Assembly (NCBI RefSeq): GCF_044704955.1
Contig: NC_091982.1
Span: 256,432,001 to 256,496,000 of the forward strand
Length of the DNA stretch: 64,000 bases
Reading direction: 5' to 3'
DNA from: Pristiophorus japonicus
Taxonomy: Eukaryota
The notes beneath the pieces are model-generated. The model was not told where the DNA came from. It ran no database searches and saw nothing but the letters and a program-made list of their open reading frames with translations. Positions within the stretch are counted from its first letter, which is position 1, and each line of letters starts with the position of its first letter. The position numbers and the translations under genes are program-made. Below, piece after piece: positions 39,301-49,989 of the stretch.

Positions 39301-40335
39301 TCCCCAGTGCCCCCTATAAAAGGGAAGGGGGACACTAAAAGCACCGGCAATTAAAACAAATTAAACTTTAAAACGTAAAATCAAATTAAAATTTGGTTGC
39401 CGGGCGTGATGATGCACTTCAGTCCCTCCGGTGCCCACCTCTCGCGGAAGGCCGCGAGCGTACCGGTGGACACCGCGTGCTCCATCTCCAAGGACACCCT
39501 GGACCGGATGTAAGAGCGGAAGAGAGGCAGGCAGTCAGGTTGAACGACCCCCTCGACCGCCCGCTGCCTGGACCGGCTGATGGCACCCTTGGCCGTGCCC
39601 AGGAGCAGTCCTACGAGGAGGCCTTCGGACTCCTTGTGCATGAATCCCAAAAAGTTAGTTTGCAGGTAATCAGGAAGGCGAATGGAATGTTGGCCTTCAT
39701 TGCGAGAGGTATGGAGTACAAAAGCAGGGAGGTCCTGCTGCAACTGTACAGGGTATTGGTGAGGCCGCACCTGGAGTACTGTGTGCAGTTTTGGTCACCT
39801 TACTTAAGGAAGGATATACTAGCTTTGGAGGGGGTACAGAGACGATTCACTAGGTTGATTCCGGAGATGAGGGGGTTACCTTATGATGATAGATTGAGTA
39901 GACTGGGTCTTTACTCGTTGGAGTTCAGAAGGATGAGGCGTGATCTTATAGAAACATTTAAAATAATGAAAGGGATAGACAAGATAGAGGCAGAGAGGTT
40001 GTTTCCACTGGTCGGGGAGACTAGAACTAGGGGGCACAGCCTCAAAATACGGGGGAGCCAATTTAAAACCGAGTTGAGAAGGAATTTCTTCTCCCAGAGG
40101 GTTGTGAATCTGTGGAATTCTCTGCCCAAGGAAGCAGTTGAGGCTAGCTCATTGAATGTATTCAAATCACAGATAGATAGATTTTTAACCAATAAGGAAA
40201 TTAAGGGTTACGGGGAGCGGGCAGGTAAGTGGAGCTGAGTCCACGGCCAGATCAGCCATGATCTTGTTGAATGGTGGAACAGGCTCGAGGGGCTAGATGG
40301 CCCAATCCTGTTCCTAATTCTTATGTTCTTATGTT
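36365..40335 (+). mobile_element. CR1 LINE family B (part of the endonuclease plus RT), interrupted at 38376-39630
   Basis: YRPP, MGDFN and SDH endonuclease motifs, RT motifs, TTCTTATG tail. Confidence 0.95.
38376..39630 (-). mobile_element. Three tandem 5'-truncated 3' ends of a Tx1-like non-LTR retrotransposon (38376-38638, 38653-39134, 39149-39630)
   Basis: ORF2 C-terminus LLVGLLLGTAKGAI..R..FRSYIRSRVSLEMEHA..FRERW is typical of the Tx1/L1 group. Each unit is bounded by TCCTTGTGCATGRA. Confidence 0.8.
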
Positions 40336-40518
40336 AGTCCAAATCCCCTGTTCTTTGCACATAGCCCTGCAATTTTTTTCCTTTTCAAATATATATCTAA
40401 TTTCCTTTTGAAAGTTACTATTGAATCTGCTTCCACCACCCCTTTCAGGCCGTGCATTCCAAATGACAACTTACAGCTGAAAAAAATGTTTTCTCATCTC
40501 CCTTCTGGTTCCTTCGCC

Positions 40519-42098
40519 AGGGCCTGATGGACTGCATCCCAGAGTACTTAAGGAGGTGGCCTTGGAAATAGCAGATGCATTGACAGTCATTTTCCAACAT
40601 TCCATTGACTCTGGATCAGTTCCTATCGAGTGGAGGGTAGCCAATGTAACCCCACTTTTTAAAAAAGGAGGGAGAGAGAAAGCAGGGAATTATAGACCGG
40701 TCAGCCTGACCTCAGTAGTGGGTAAAATGATGGAATCAATTATTAAGGATGTCATAGCAGTGCATTTGGAAAATGGTGACATGATAGGTCCAAGTCAGCA
40801 TGGATTTGTGAAAGGGAGATCATGCTTGACAAATCTTCTGGAATTTTTTGAGGATGTTTCCAATAAAGTGGACAAAGGAGTACCAGTTGATGTGGTATAT
40901 TTGGACTTTCAGAAGGCTTTCGACAAGATCCCACACAGGAGATTAATGTGCAAAGTTAAAGCACATGGGATTGGGGGTAGTGTGCTGACGTGGATTGAGA
41001 ACTGGTTGTCAGACAGGAAGCAAAGAGTAGGAGTAAATGGATACTTTTCGGAATGGCAGGCAGTGACTAGTGGGGTACCGCAGGGTTCTGTGCTGGGGCC
41101 CCAGCTGTTTACATTGTACATTAATGATTTAGACGAGGGGATTAAATGTAGTATCTCCAAATTTGCGGATGACACTAAGTTGGGTGGCAGTGTGAGCTGC
41201 GAGGAGGATGCTATGAGGCTACAGAGTGACTTGGATAGGTTAGGTGAGTGGGCAAATGCGTGGCAGATGAAGTATAATGTGGATAAATGTGAGGTTATCC
41301 ACTTTGGTGGTAAAAACAGAGAGACAGACTATTATCTGAATGGTGACAGATTAGGAAAAGGGAAGGTGCAACGAGACCTGGGTGTCATGGTACATCAGTC
41401 ATTGAAGGTTGGCATGCAGGTACAGCAGGCGGTTAAGAAAGCAAATGGCATGTTGGCCTTCATAGCGAGGGGATTTGAGTACAGGGGCAGGGAGGTGTTG
41501 CTACAGTTGTACAGGGCCTTGGTGAGGCCACACCTGGAGTATTGTGTACAGTTTTGGTCTCCTAACTTGAGGAAGGACATTCTTGCTATTGAGGGAGTGC
41601 AGCGAAGATTCACCAGACTGATTCCCGGGATGGTGGGACTGACCTATCAAGAAAGACTGGATCAACTGGGCTTGTATTCACTGGAGTTCAGAAGAGTGAG
41701 AGGGGACCTCATAGAAACGTTTAAAATTCTGACGGGTTTGGACAGGTTGGATGCAGGAAGAATGTTCCCAATGTTGGGGAAGTCCAGAACCAGGGGTCAC
41801 AGTCTAAGGATAAGGGGTAAGCCATTTAGGACCGAGATAAGGAGAAACTTCTTCACCCAGAGAGTGGTGAACCTGTGGAATTCTCTACCACAGGAAGTAG
41901 TTAAGGCCAATTCACTAAATATATTCAAAAGGGAGTTAGATGAAGTCCTTACTACTCGGGGGATCAAGGGGTATGGCGTGAAAGCAGGAAGTGGGTACTG
42001 AAGTTTCATGTTCAGCCATGAACTCATTGAATGGCGGTGCAGGCTAGAAGGGCTGAATGGCCTGCTTCTGCACCTATTTTTTATGTTTCTATGTTTCT
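40519..42098 (+). mobile_element. Young CR1 family A with an open RT ORF (40556-42001), 5'-truncated
   Basis: 481-aa uninterrupted ORF2 fragment and TTTCTATG tail. Confidence 0.95.
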
Positions 42099-42234
42099 AA
42101 TTACCTTAAATCAGTGCCCCCTCTAGTTATCACCCCTCCTGCCAGTCACGTCATCCATTTTTGTTTGATTATGCTTCTGTGAAGCACCTTGGGACATTTT
42201 TCTACGTTTGTGGTGCTATAGAAGCTGTTGTTGT

Positions 42235-42680
42235 TGGAGAGATTGAGTAGATTGGGCCTATACTCTCTGGAGTTTAGAAGAATGAGAGGAGATCTCACTG
42301 AAACATATAAGATTCTGAGGGGGCTCGACAGGGCAGATGCAGAGAGGTTGTTTCCCCCTGGCTGGAGAGACTTGAACTGGGGGGGGGGGGCATAGTCTCA
42401 GTTAAGGGGTCGGCCATTTAAGACTGAGATGAGGAGGAATTTCCTCACTCAGAGGGTTGTGAAATGTTGGAATTCTCTACCCATAGGGCTGTGGATGCTG
42501 AATCGTTAAATATATTCAAGGCTAAGATAGATAGATTTTTGGACTCTATGGGAATCAAGGGATATAGAGATGATGCAGGAAAATACAGTTGAGGTCGAAG
42601 GCCAGCCATGATCTTATTGAATAGCAGAGCTGGCTCAAGGGGCCATATGGACTACTCCTGCTCCTAATTCTTATGTTACT
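42235..42680 (+). mobile_element. CR1 3' fragment
   Basis: ORF2 end and 3'UTR. Confidence 0.8.
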
Positions 42681-42799
42681 CACAGAACCTGTAAATCTGC
42701 TCGAAACTCAGGCAATTGTTACTGTACCCAATGTAGTCTTTTGTTACTATTTACATGTGCAATCTACCCTACCCCTCTATAACTGCCCCAGTATCTTAC

Positions 42800-43268
42800 C
42801 TGGATAAATACGCTGGCTCGTTCAGGACCACTGCTCTCAAGCAAAGCTCCAACAAGAGCAAAGAACGTCTTTTGTAAAACCTCCTGTGGCACTGGGAACT
42901 TTGCACTTAGCACCAAGTCTTCCACAGCCAAGTTCCTGGCAACATGGCACACAATCTGTGAGCCTGTGATGTGACTAATAAGTGCCTTAACACCGTCGAC
43001 AGGCAGGTTTGGATAGGCACGGCTGAAACAGTCTTGGAGGTAAGCATCCGTAAACAATGAGCCTTTCTCAAATAATGCCTGATTGTCTTTGAGATTTAAA
43101 GTGGTATTCTCTTTGTTCAGTTCAAGTTCCCGCCTGCGTGCTTCCTCAGATGTAATGTAACAGGGATTAATGAATGCTATTTTGAGAAGATCCAGGTTGA
43201 AGGTCTCATGAAGACGTTGACCAAAGGCCTCGACTTCAGCATGATAGTCCCAGTTTGGCTGATGCGAT
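42800..43268 (-). CDS. MRPL44: MRPL44 exon 2 (RNase III-like domain)
   Basis: PNWDYHAEVEAFGQRL..DLLKIAFINP..CHVARNLAVE..FFALVGALLESSGPER; AG acceptor and GTAAG donor, 469 nt. Confidence 0.96.
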
Positions 43269-43979
43269 CTTACAATACAACAAACATTTTAAATTCAGTT
43301 CAGAACATGGATCATTGTTCCCCATTAAAGATTAACTATATTTGATAATACTTTTATTAAAATCATATTTATTTCAAATGCTGTACTACTACAACATATC
43401 TTGAACCCAGTCTCAAGACTTTTGGCAATACCACTCTGTACTGTTCGCTAGATAAATGAGATCATAGAATCATAGAATGGTTACAGCACAGAAGGCCATT
43501 CGACCCATCGAGCCCATGCCGATGACCCAGCTGTCTCATCTGCCAATTTTCCTTCCTTCTCTATGGGAAATCACTAGCCTCTATTTGATGCTTACACTCC
43601 CTCAAACAAACCAAGATCAAGATCTTGTCATGAGAATCACATCCTACCACTCCACGGCACAATACATCAATTGGCTGCATTAGTGGGCCACCAGTGCTCA
43701 GAAATAACTAGGAGACTACCAAGTCTCTGAGACGCATCTGATATTCTCTTACTCAGTGATCATGACAGCTTAATAGGACAATCACAGAACTATTATGAGT
43801 ATAGAATATAATACAGCAGATTAACATTCTTAGCCAACAGAAGTATTGTACAAATTTGTATGATATATTTGTATAATATAGATTAGGATCTTGATTACAG
43901 AATATACCATATATAATCCCAAACTATTGCAGCATATTATATTGCGACTGTAATCTACTGTATTCCATAGCCAAAGCAT

Positions 43980-44860
43980 CTCTAGAAATGGCTTCTAATC
44001 CCACACCATCACTTTGGGAGTTCCCTAAGAATCCAGGCTTGGCCCCCTCATCTTCATACTATCCCTTGGCAACATCATTCACAGACATGGGGTCAGCTTT
44101 CATACGTACCCTGGCAGCAGCCAGCTCTAGCTCTCCAACACCTTCACTGCCTCTGCACTGTCCCACTGCTTGTCTGACATCCAGCTAAAAATTGACAAGG
44201 CCGCAAACATCATCCTCAGCCCCTGCCATAAGCTTTACCCTTGTCAATGACACAGTCCTCCTGAGACATCTGTCTCAGGTTGAACCAAAGTGCTTGCAAT
44301 CTCTGTGCCCAATTCAAGACCAAGCTGCGCTTCTGCCCATTACCTTCCCCTCTGTAACGTCACCCACCTCTGGCCATCCTCAGTAACCATCATTCACACT
44401 TTGGTTACCTCCAGACCCAACTATTCCAATGCTCTCCTGACCAGCATCCCATCCACCCTAAACCTCAGCTCATCCAAACTCTGGTGCCCGTAGCCTTCTG
44501 CACTAAGTCCTGCTCATCCATCACCCCTGTCCTCGCTGATCCACACTGGTTGCTGGCCATCCATCTTCTCCAATTTAAAATCACCGCTCCCTATCGCCGT
44601 AACCTCCCCCAGTGCTACAACGCACTGAAGTCTCCATTCCTCCGACTCCAGCCTCTTCGACATCCCTCACAACTGGCAGATGTTCTTTCAGCTGCCTAGA
44701 CCCCATGGTCTGGAATTCCCTCACTACCCCTGACTTTGCACCTTTAATGCCTTCTTCAAACCTGCCTCTCTAACCAAACATATAATCACCCCTTCTAAAA
44801 TCTCCTTCTTTGGCTTGACCACTTGTTTTCTTGTACCTCTGTGAAGCACCGTAGGATAGT
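43980..44860 (+). mobile_element. Highly decayed L2 fragment
   Basis: IHTLVTSRPNYSNALL and ITPVLADPHWL remnants. Confidence 0.6.
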
Positions 44861-44861
44861 T

Positions 44862-45272
44862 AAGAAAGAAAGAAAGTGCTTTACGGCCAATGAAGTACTT
44901 TTGAAGTGTAGTCATTGCTGTAATGTTGGCAGCTAATTTGCACACAGCAAGCTCCCACAGACAAAAATGTGATAATGATCAGATAATTTGTCTTTGTGAT
45001 ATTGATTGGGGGATATTGATTGGCCACGACACTGGGGATAACTCCCCTGCTCTTCTCTGAAATAGTGTCATCGGATATTTTCTGTCCACCTTAAGAGCGC
45101 AGACGGAGCCTCAGTCTCATCCGAAAGACGGCACCTCCGACAGTGCGGCGCTCCCTCAGCACTGCACTGGAGTGTCAGCCTAGATTTATGTGCTCAAGTC
45201 TCTGGAGTGGGACTTGAACCCACAACCTTCTGGCTCAGGGGTGAGAAAGCTCCACACTGAGCCACTGGCTGA
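44862..45272 (-). mobile_element. tRNA-headed SINE (DeuSINE-like)
   Basis: A box TGGCTCAGTGTGG and B box GGTTCAAGTCC on the minus strand. The tail is shared with fragments near 6480, 13640, 19190, 52890 and 58050. Confidence 0.75.
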
Positions 45273-45372
45273 TACAACTACATTAAGGGATCTATATAAA
45301 TAGTATAATACAGGTTCATTCACTCAGAGCATCTCAGAGCCGGGGCCTGGTGCGCGCACACTCAATACACAC

Positions 45373-45545
45373 CGGGGTTTGGGCGGGGGAGGTCCTTCTA
45401 GTTTCTTCTTTCTTTCCATTAATAACATGTAGGACTTCATCCATCTTTTCTTCTCCCGAGTTTGAGTGAATAGGATGGTCTGGCTGAGAGGAAGCCTTTG
45501 CCTGAAGGGATTGAGAACACTTCGGAACAGCACCAGCGAAGCCAT
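45373..45545 (-). CDS. MRPL44: MRPL44 exon 1 (includes a mitochondrial targeting-like N-terminus)
   Basis: MASLVLFRSVL..KKRWMKSY..EGPPPPKPR; CG|GTGTGT donor in phase with exon 2. Total CDS is 990 nt. Confidence 0.92.
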
Positions 45546-45570
45546 GATATCGCCCAGCTCCAGCACCGAG

Positions 45571-45895
45571 ACCGCGCTTGCGCACTGTGAATCCTCGGCA
45601 CCCACCCCCTCCCCTCCCCTCAGACCGCGCTTGCGCATTGCGAATCCACGGGCAACCATCAGACTGCGCTTGCGCACTGTGAATCCTCGGCACCCACCAC
45701 CACCACCCCACCACCCCCCCTCCCCTCAGACCGCGCTTGCGCATTGCGAATCCACGGGCAACCATCAGACTGCGCTTGCGCATTGCGAATCCACGGGCAA
45801 CCATCAGGCTGCGCTTGCGCATTGTGAATCCACGGCGACCCACAAAGCGCCTGCGCATTGTGAATCCACGGCGACCCACAAAGCGCCTGCGCAGT
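45571..45895. promoter_or_regulatory. MRPL44 promoter tandem repeat carrying eight NRF1-like motifs
   Basis: GCGC(T/C)TGCGCA occurs eight times, in units of about 36-67 bp. Confidence 0.7.
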
Positions 45896-46457
45896 CTGGA
45901 GGACTGGCCACCTTGTTTGCAAATGCTGAGATCAGTAATGGCTCGGAGGTAAAAAAAAAAAATAGGTTGAAGTATTATCATGAGGTAAAGCAGGTAGAAA
46001 TATGCACTTAAGAATATAAAATTGAAGTACTTTTTTTTTTATTTCAAAAAAAAATGGAAGTACTTGCACATAAGTAAAATACTGCGGATGCTCTGAGGGA
46101 CGGATTAAGGGGGCCTCGGGCCCCCTGCTCCCATTCACATCCTGCACTAAATTACATTAATGAGCTAAGTCACAGGGCACTATCCTGAGTATGCACCAGG
46201 CCACGGTCAGGTCTACATCTCGGGTTATATTTTCATTGAACTATATCTAACATTAAGGGTAATCATAAACCTAAATATCCATTTAATTAGCAATTCACCA
46301 AACTTGAATTTCCACTATTCAGCAACATAGGCTAGCCTAGACCTAGTCTAGCCAGGTACAGGCTACAGTAGCCCTTCCGACTGTCGGCCTACCACTATGG
46401 CAAGTGTCCTGTCTAGTGTTCTTTTATTTGCCTCTGCATTACTCCTTGTACCGCAAA

Positions 46458-46650
46458 TATATTCACTAAATATATTCAAAAAGGAGTTAGATGAGGTCCT
46501 TACTGCTAGGGGGATCAAGGGGTATGGCGAGAAAGCAGGAATGGGGTACTGAAGTTGAATGTTCAGCCATGAACTCATTGAATGGCGGTGCAGGCTAGAA
46601 GGGCCGAATGGCCTACTCCTGCACCTATTTTCTATGTTTCTATGTTTCTA
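46458..46650 (+). mobile_element. CR1 family A 3' tail
   Basis: Matches 61449-61636. Confidence 0.85.
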
Positions 46651-46992
46651 AATAACATATCAAAATGAAACACCAGGTGAATGGCTCAAAATTTCTTACC
46701 GGTAGAACATAGCAGTGATAGCACCCTACATAGCACAAGTTCACAATGCACATGGCGTCATGTATGTTTACAAAACACTGGGGATAGGGGCCTGCTCATC
46801 ATTTTTTTATTTAGTATAAATACACATGTATGTATAAATATTTATCAAAATACATCTAGATAATTTTAAAGCCAAATAAATAACAATTAATTCAATAATA
46901 ATAATAATAAGAACAAACAAAATAAATCCTAATTTACTCGTCTTGAAAGTCCAGCGCCTGTTCTGGTGCTTAGATAGCGTGCTAGATACAAG

Positions 46993-47843
46993 GGGCCCAA
47001 GTTTCGTATGTCCTCCCAGAACAGTGTGCTCCAGGAGGCCCACCTATTTTTTAAGAATAAAAAAAAAGCGCCTAAAACTGACCTCGCGATTCTCCGAGTC
47101 CAGCAGGCCTGTTTCACGGTCACCGCTGCGCAACACAAGCAGCTGGGGGGCGGAGCTACAGATCCCGCGCGCGTGCTCAGTAGCCCCTGGCCCTCCCAGC
47201 GCGTCCTGTCTCCGGGCGACCCTATCCCGGGCCGAGTGGCCTGCCTGCCCTTACCTCTTCGGCGGCAGGGCCCGCCCGACCAGCAGCTCTTAGGTGGCGG
47301 GGCCCGTCCGACCAGCTCTTCTGCAGGCTGTTGGAGGGCTCCCGGTGCTGCAGTAGCTGAGTAGAAACTTTAAATTTTGTATTTGTTGATTGATTTATTA
47401 CAATTTTTTTTATTGTTACATTTTTTTTGTGATTTATTTATTTATTTATTTATTTATCATTTATTATTGATGATGGCTCTTTATTGGTAAAAGTGAAGTG
47501 TTTAATGCTTTGTAAAATCCCCTAACTTCCCTCCCCCCCCACACCCCCATCTCTCACTACCTATTTTATAAAGTGTAGGCAAGGTTTTTCTGAGCATACA
47601 AAAATCGACACTTACTCCGTTCTAAGTTAGTTTGGAATAACATTTCGCAGCCTAAACCTGCACAACAGGCGTAAGTGGCTGGTAACGCCCCCTTTTGGGA
47701 AAAAAAACTGTACTAAAACAAAACTCTTCTAATTAACTAGAACTGGAACAAACTAAATGCTGAGAATTGCGATTTCTAAGATACTCCATACTAAACTAGT
47801 TGCTCCAAAAAAATAGGAGCAACTTGAGCCGAAACTTGGGGCC
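46993..47843. mobile_element. Non-autonomous DNA transposon (Harbinger-like)
   Basis: TIRs gggcccaagtttc/gaaacttggggcc and 3-bp TSD AAG. Confidence 0.75.
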
Positions 47844-48065
47844 AAGAACTGGGACCAGACCTTTAAGCTAGTATCTCTTCTGTATGTATTATGTACATTT
47901 TTCACCAATAGGTAAACAAATAGCGTCTGAAGCAGTGATAATAACAATACAAAATAATGACAAAAACTTTATTAGATAATTCTACAAACATTTGTGTTGG
48001 ATTAGACCGTGTCATTTCAGTACAGCAAGCTAGGCCAGAAGTGTTGGCTGGCACTGCCCTGCCAG

Positions 48066-48570
48066 TGTCGAAGACACCGATTCAAGGTAAGACTCTTAAC
48101 ACAAGCAGACCGTCAGATTGTTAGTTTATTGTTACTTGCATACAAGGGGAGAGTGCCCTAGACAAAGGCTTAGGGTACCAACTCCGACAATCTACAGAAA
48201 TGTGGAATATTTATACACCCAAGTAAACAAGTTCAGTCATATGTGATGGTTCCTCTTTTTTTTGTAATAGTGCAGAGTCTAGCAGTTTACAATTACCTCA
48301 TCAGTGTTATCCAATGGAAACTTGTCTTAGCTACTCTTTGGGCTAACCTTTTCCTTGACTCCCTGTTCACTCTGTCTGGTTTTTGGTTATCACATCCTTA
48401 TTGTGATTATAGAGAAGACAGATGACCTTAGCTGCTGTGAGGTATTGCAACCTGTGGTTTCAACTGCTGACAGCTTGTTTGCTGAAGTAAGCTCTAATTC
48501 CTAGGTTGACCAAATATAATGTCCCAGCAAGCCTTGCAATCTATGGTTGCTCTTTTTCTATCTTTCCACA
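48066..48570 (-). mobile_element. Solo LTR (505 bp)
   Basis: TGTCGAA..TTCCACA termini and 4-bp TSD CCAG; TATAAAT then AATAAA on the minus strand. Confidence 0.7.
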
Positions 48571-48829
48571 CCAGGCACTGCAGGCGTCCAGAGTCTAGTT
48601 ACATCAAATTGAGAATAACGTGCGCCTGAGCCCTCATGGCTTCGCCCTGCTTTTGCTATGCCACTTATGTCAGTACTGTTTACCCTTACCCTTAATCCAA
48701 CCCTGTATTGGCCCATTCTAGGCGACCGCCCAGTGCCCCCCCCCCCCCTCCCCCCAATCTGTTCCTGGATGCTCTAAATCTGAAATAAAAACAGAAAAAG
48801 TTGGAAATACTCAGCTGGTCAGGCAGCAT

Positions 48830-49968
48830 CTGTGCAAAATCAAAGCACATGGTATTGGGGGTAATGTACTGACGTGGATAGAGAACTGGTTGGCAGACAG
48901 GAAGCAGAGAGTCGGGATAAACGGGTCCTTTTCAGAATGGCAGGCAGTGACTAGTGGAGTGCCGCAGGGCTCAGTGCTGGGACCCCAGCTCTGTACAATA
49001 TACATCAATGATTTAGATGATGGAATTGAGTGTAATATCTCCAAGTTTGCAGATGACACTAAACTGGGTGGCGGTGTGAGCTGTGAGGAGGACGCTAAGA
49101 GGCTGCAGGGTGACTTGGACAGGTTAGGTGAGTGGGCAAATGCATGGCAGATGCAGTATAATGTGAATAAATGTGAGGTTATCCACTTTGGGGGGCAAAA
49201 ACACGAAGGCAGAATATTATCTGAATGGTGACCGGTTAGGAAAAGGGGAGGTGCAGCGAGACCTGGGTGTCATGGTACATCAGTCATTGAAAGTTGGCAT
49301 GCAGGTACAGCAGACGGTGAAGAAGGCAAATGGTATGTTGGCCTTCATAGCAAGGTGATTTGAGTATAGGAGCAAGGAAGTCTTACTGCAGTTGTACAGG
49401 GCCTTGGTGAGGCCCCACCTGGAATATTGTGTTCAGTTTTTGTCTCCTAATCTGAGGAAGGACGTTCTTGCTATTGAGGTAGTGCAGCGAAGGTTCACCA
49501 GACTGATTCCAGGGATGGCTGGACTGACATATGAGGAGAGATGGATCAACTGGGCCTTTATACACTGGAGTTTAGAAGGATGTGGGGGGAACTCATAGAA
49601 ACGTATAAGATTCTGACGGGACTGGACAGGTTAGATGCGGGAAGAATGTTCCCGATGTTGGGGAAGTCTAGAACCAGGGGACACAGTCTTAGGATAAGGG
49701 GCAGGCCATTTAGGACTGAGATGAGGAGAAACTAATTCACTGAGTTGTCAACCTGTGGAATTCCCTACCGCAGAGAGTTGTTGATGCCAGTTCATTTGAT
49801 ATATTCAAGAGGGCGTTAGATATGGTCCTTACAGCTGAAGGGATCAAGGGGTATGGAGAAAAAGCAGGAAAGGGTACTGAAGGAATGATCAGCCATGATT
49901 TTATTGAATGGTGGTGCAGGCTCGAAGGGCTGAATGGCCTACTCCTGCACCTATTTTCTATGTTTCCA
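48830..49968 (+). mobile_element. CR1 fragment inserted in a palindromic-repeat arm
   Basis: QGSVLGP and FADD motifs; TTTCTATG tail. Confidence 0.9.
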
Positions 49969-49989
49969 TGAGAGAAAAACAGAGTTAAT

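Noticed and set aside
39393-40238. 281-aa ORF as a novel fusion protein
   Set aside because: It is an antisense Tx1 fragment read by chance in frame into CR1 ORF2, with a non-ATG start.
45200-45272. tRNA gene
   Set aside because: The A/B boxes are the head of a SINE and run on into the SINE body; there is no convincing acceptor stem.
45334-46011. Repetitive ORFs overlapping the MRPL44 start, or an N-terminal extension
   Set aside because: They are translations of the promoter repeat; homology starts at ATG 45545.
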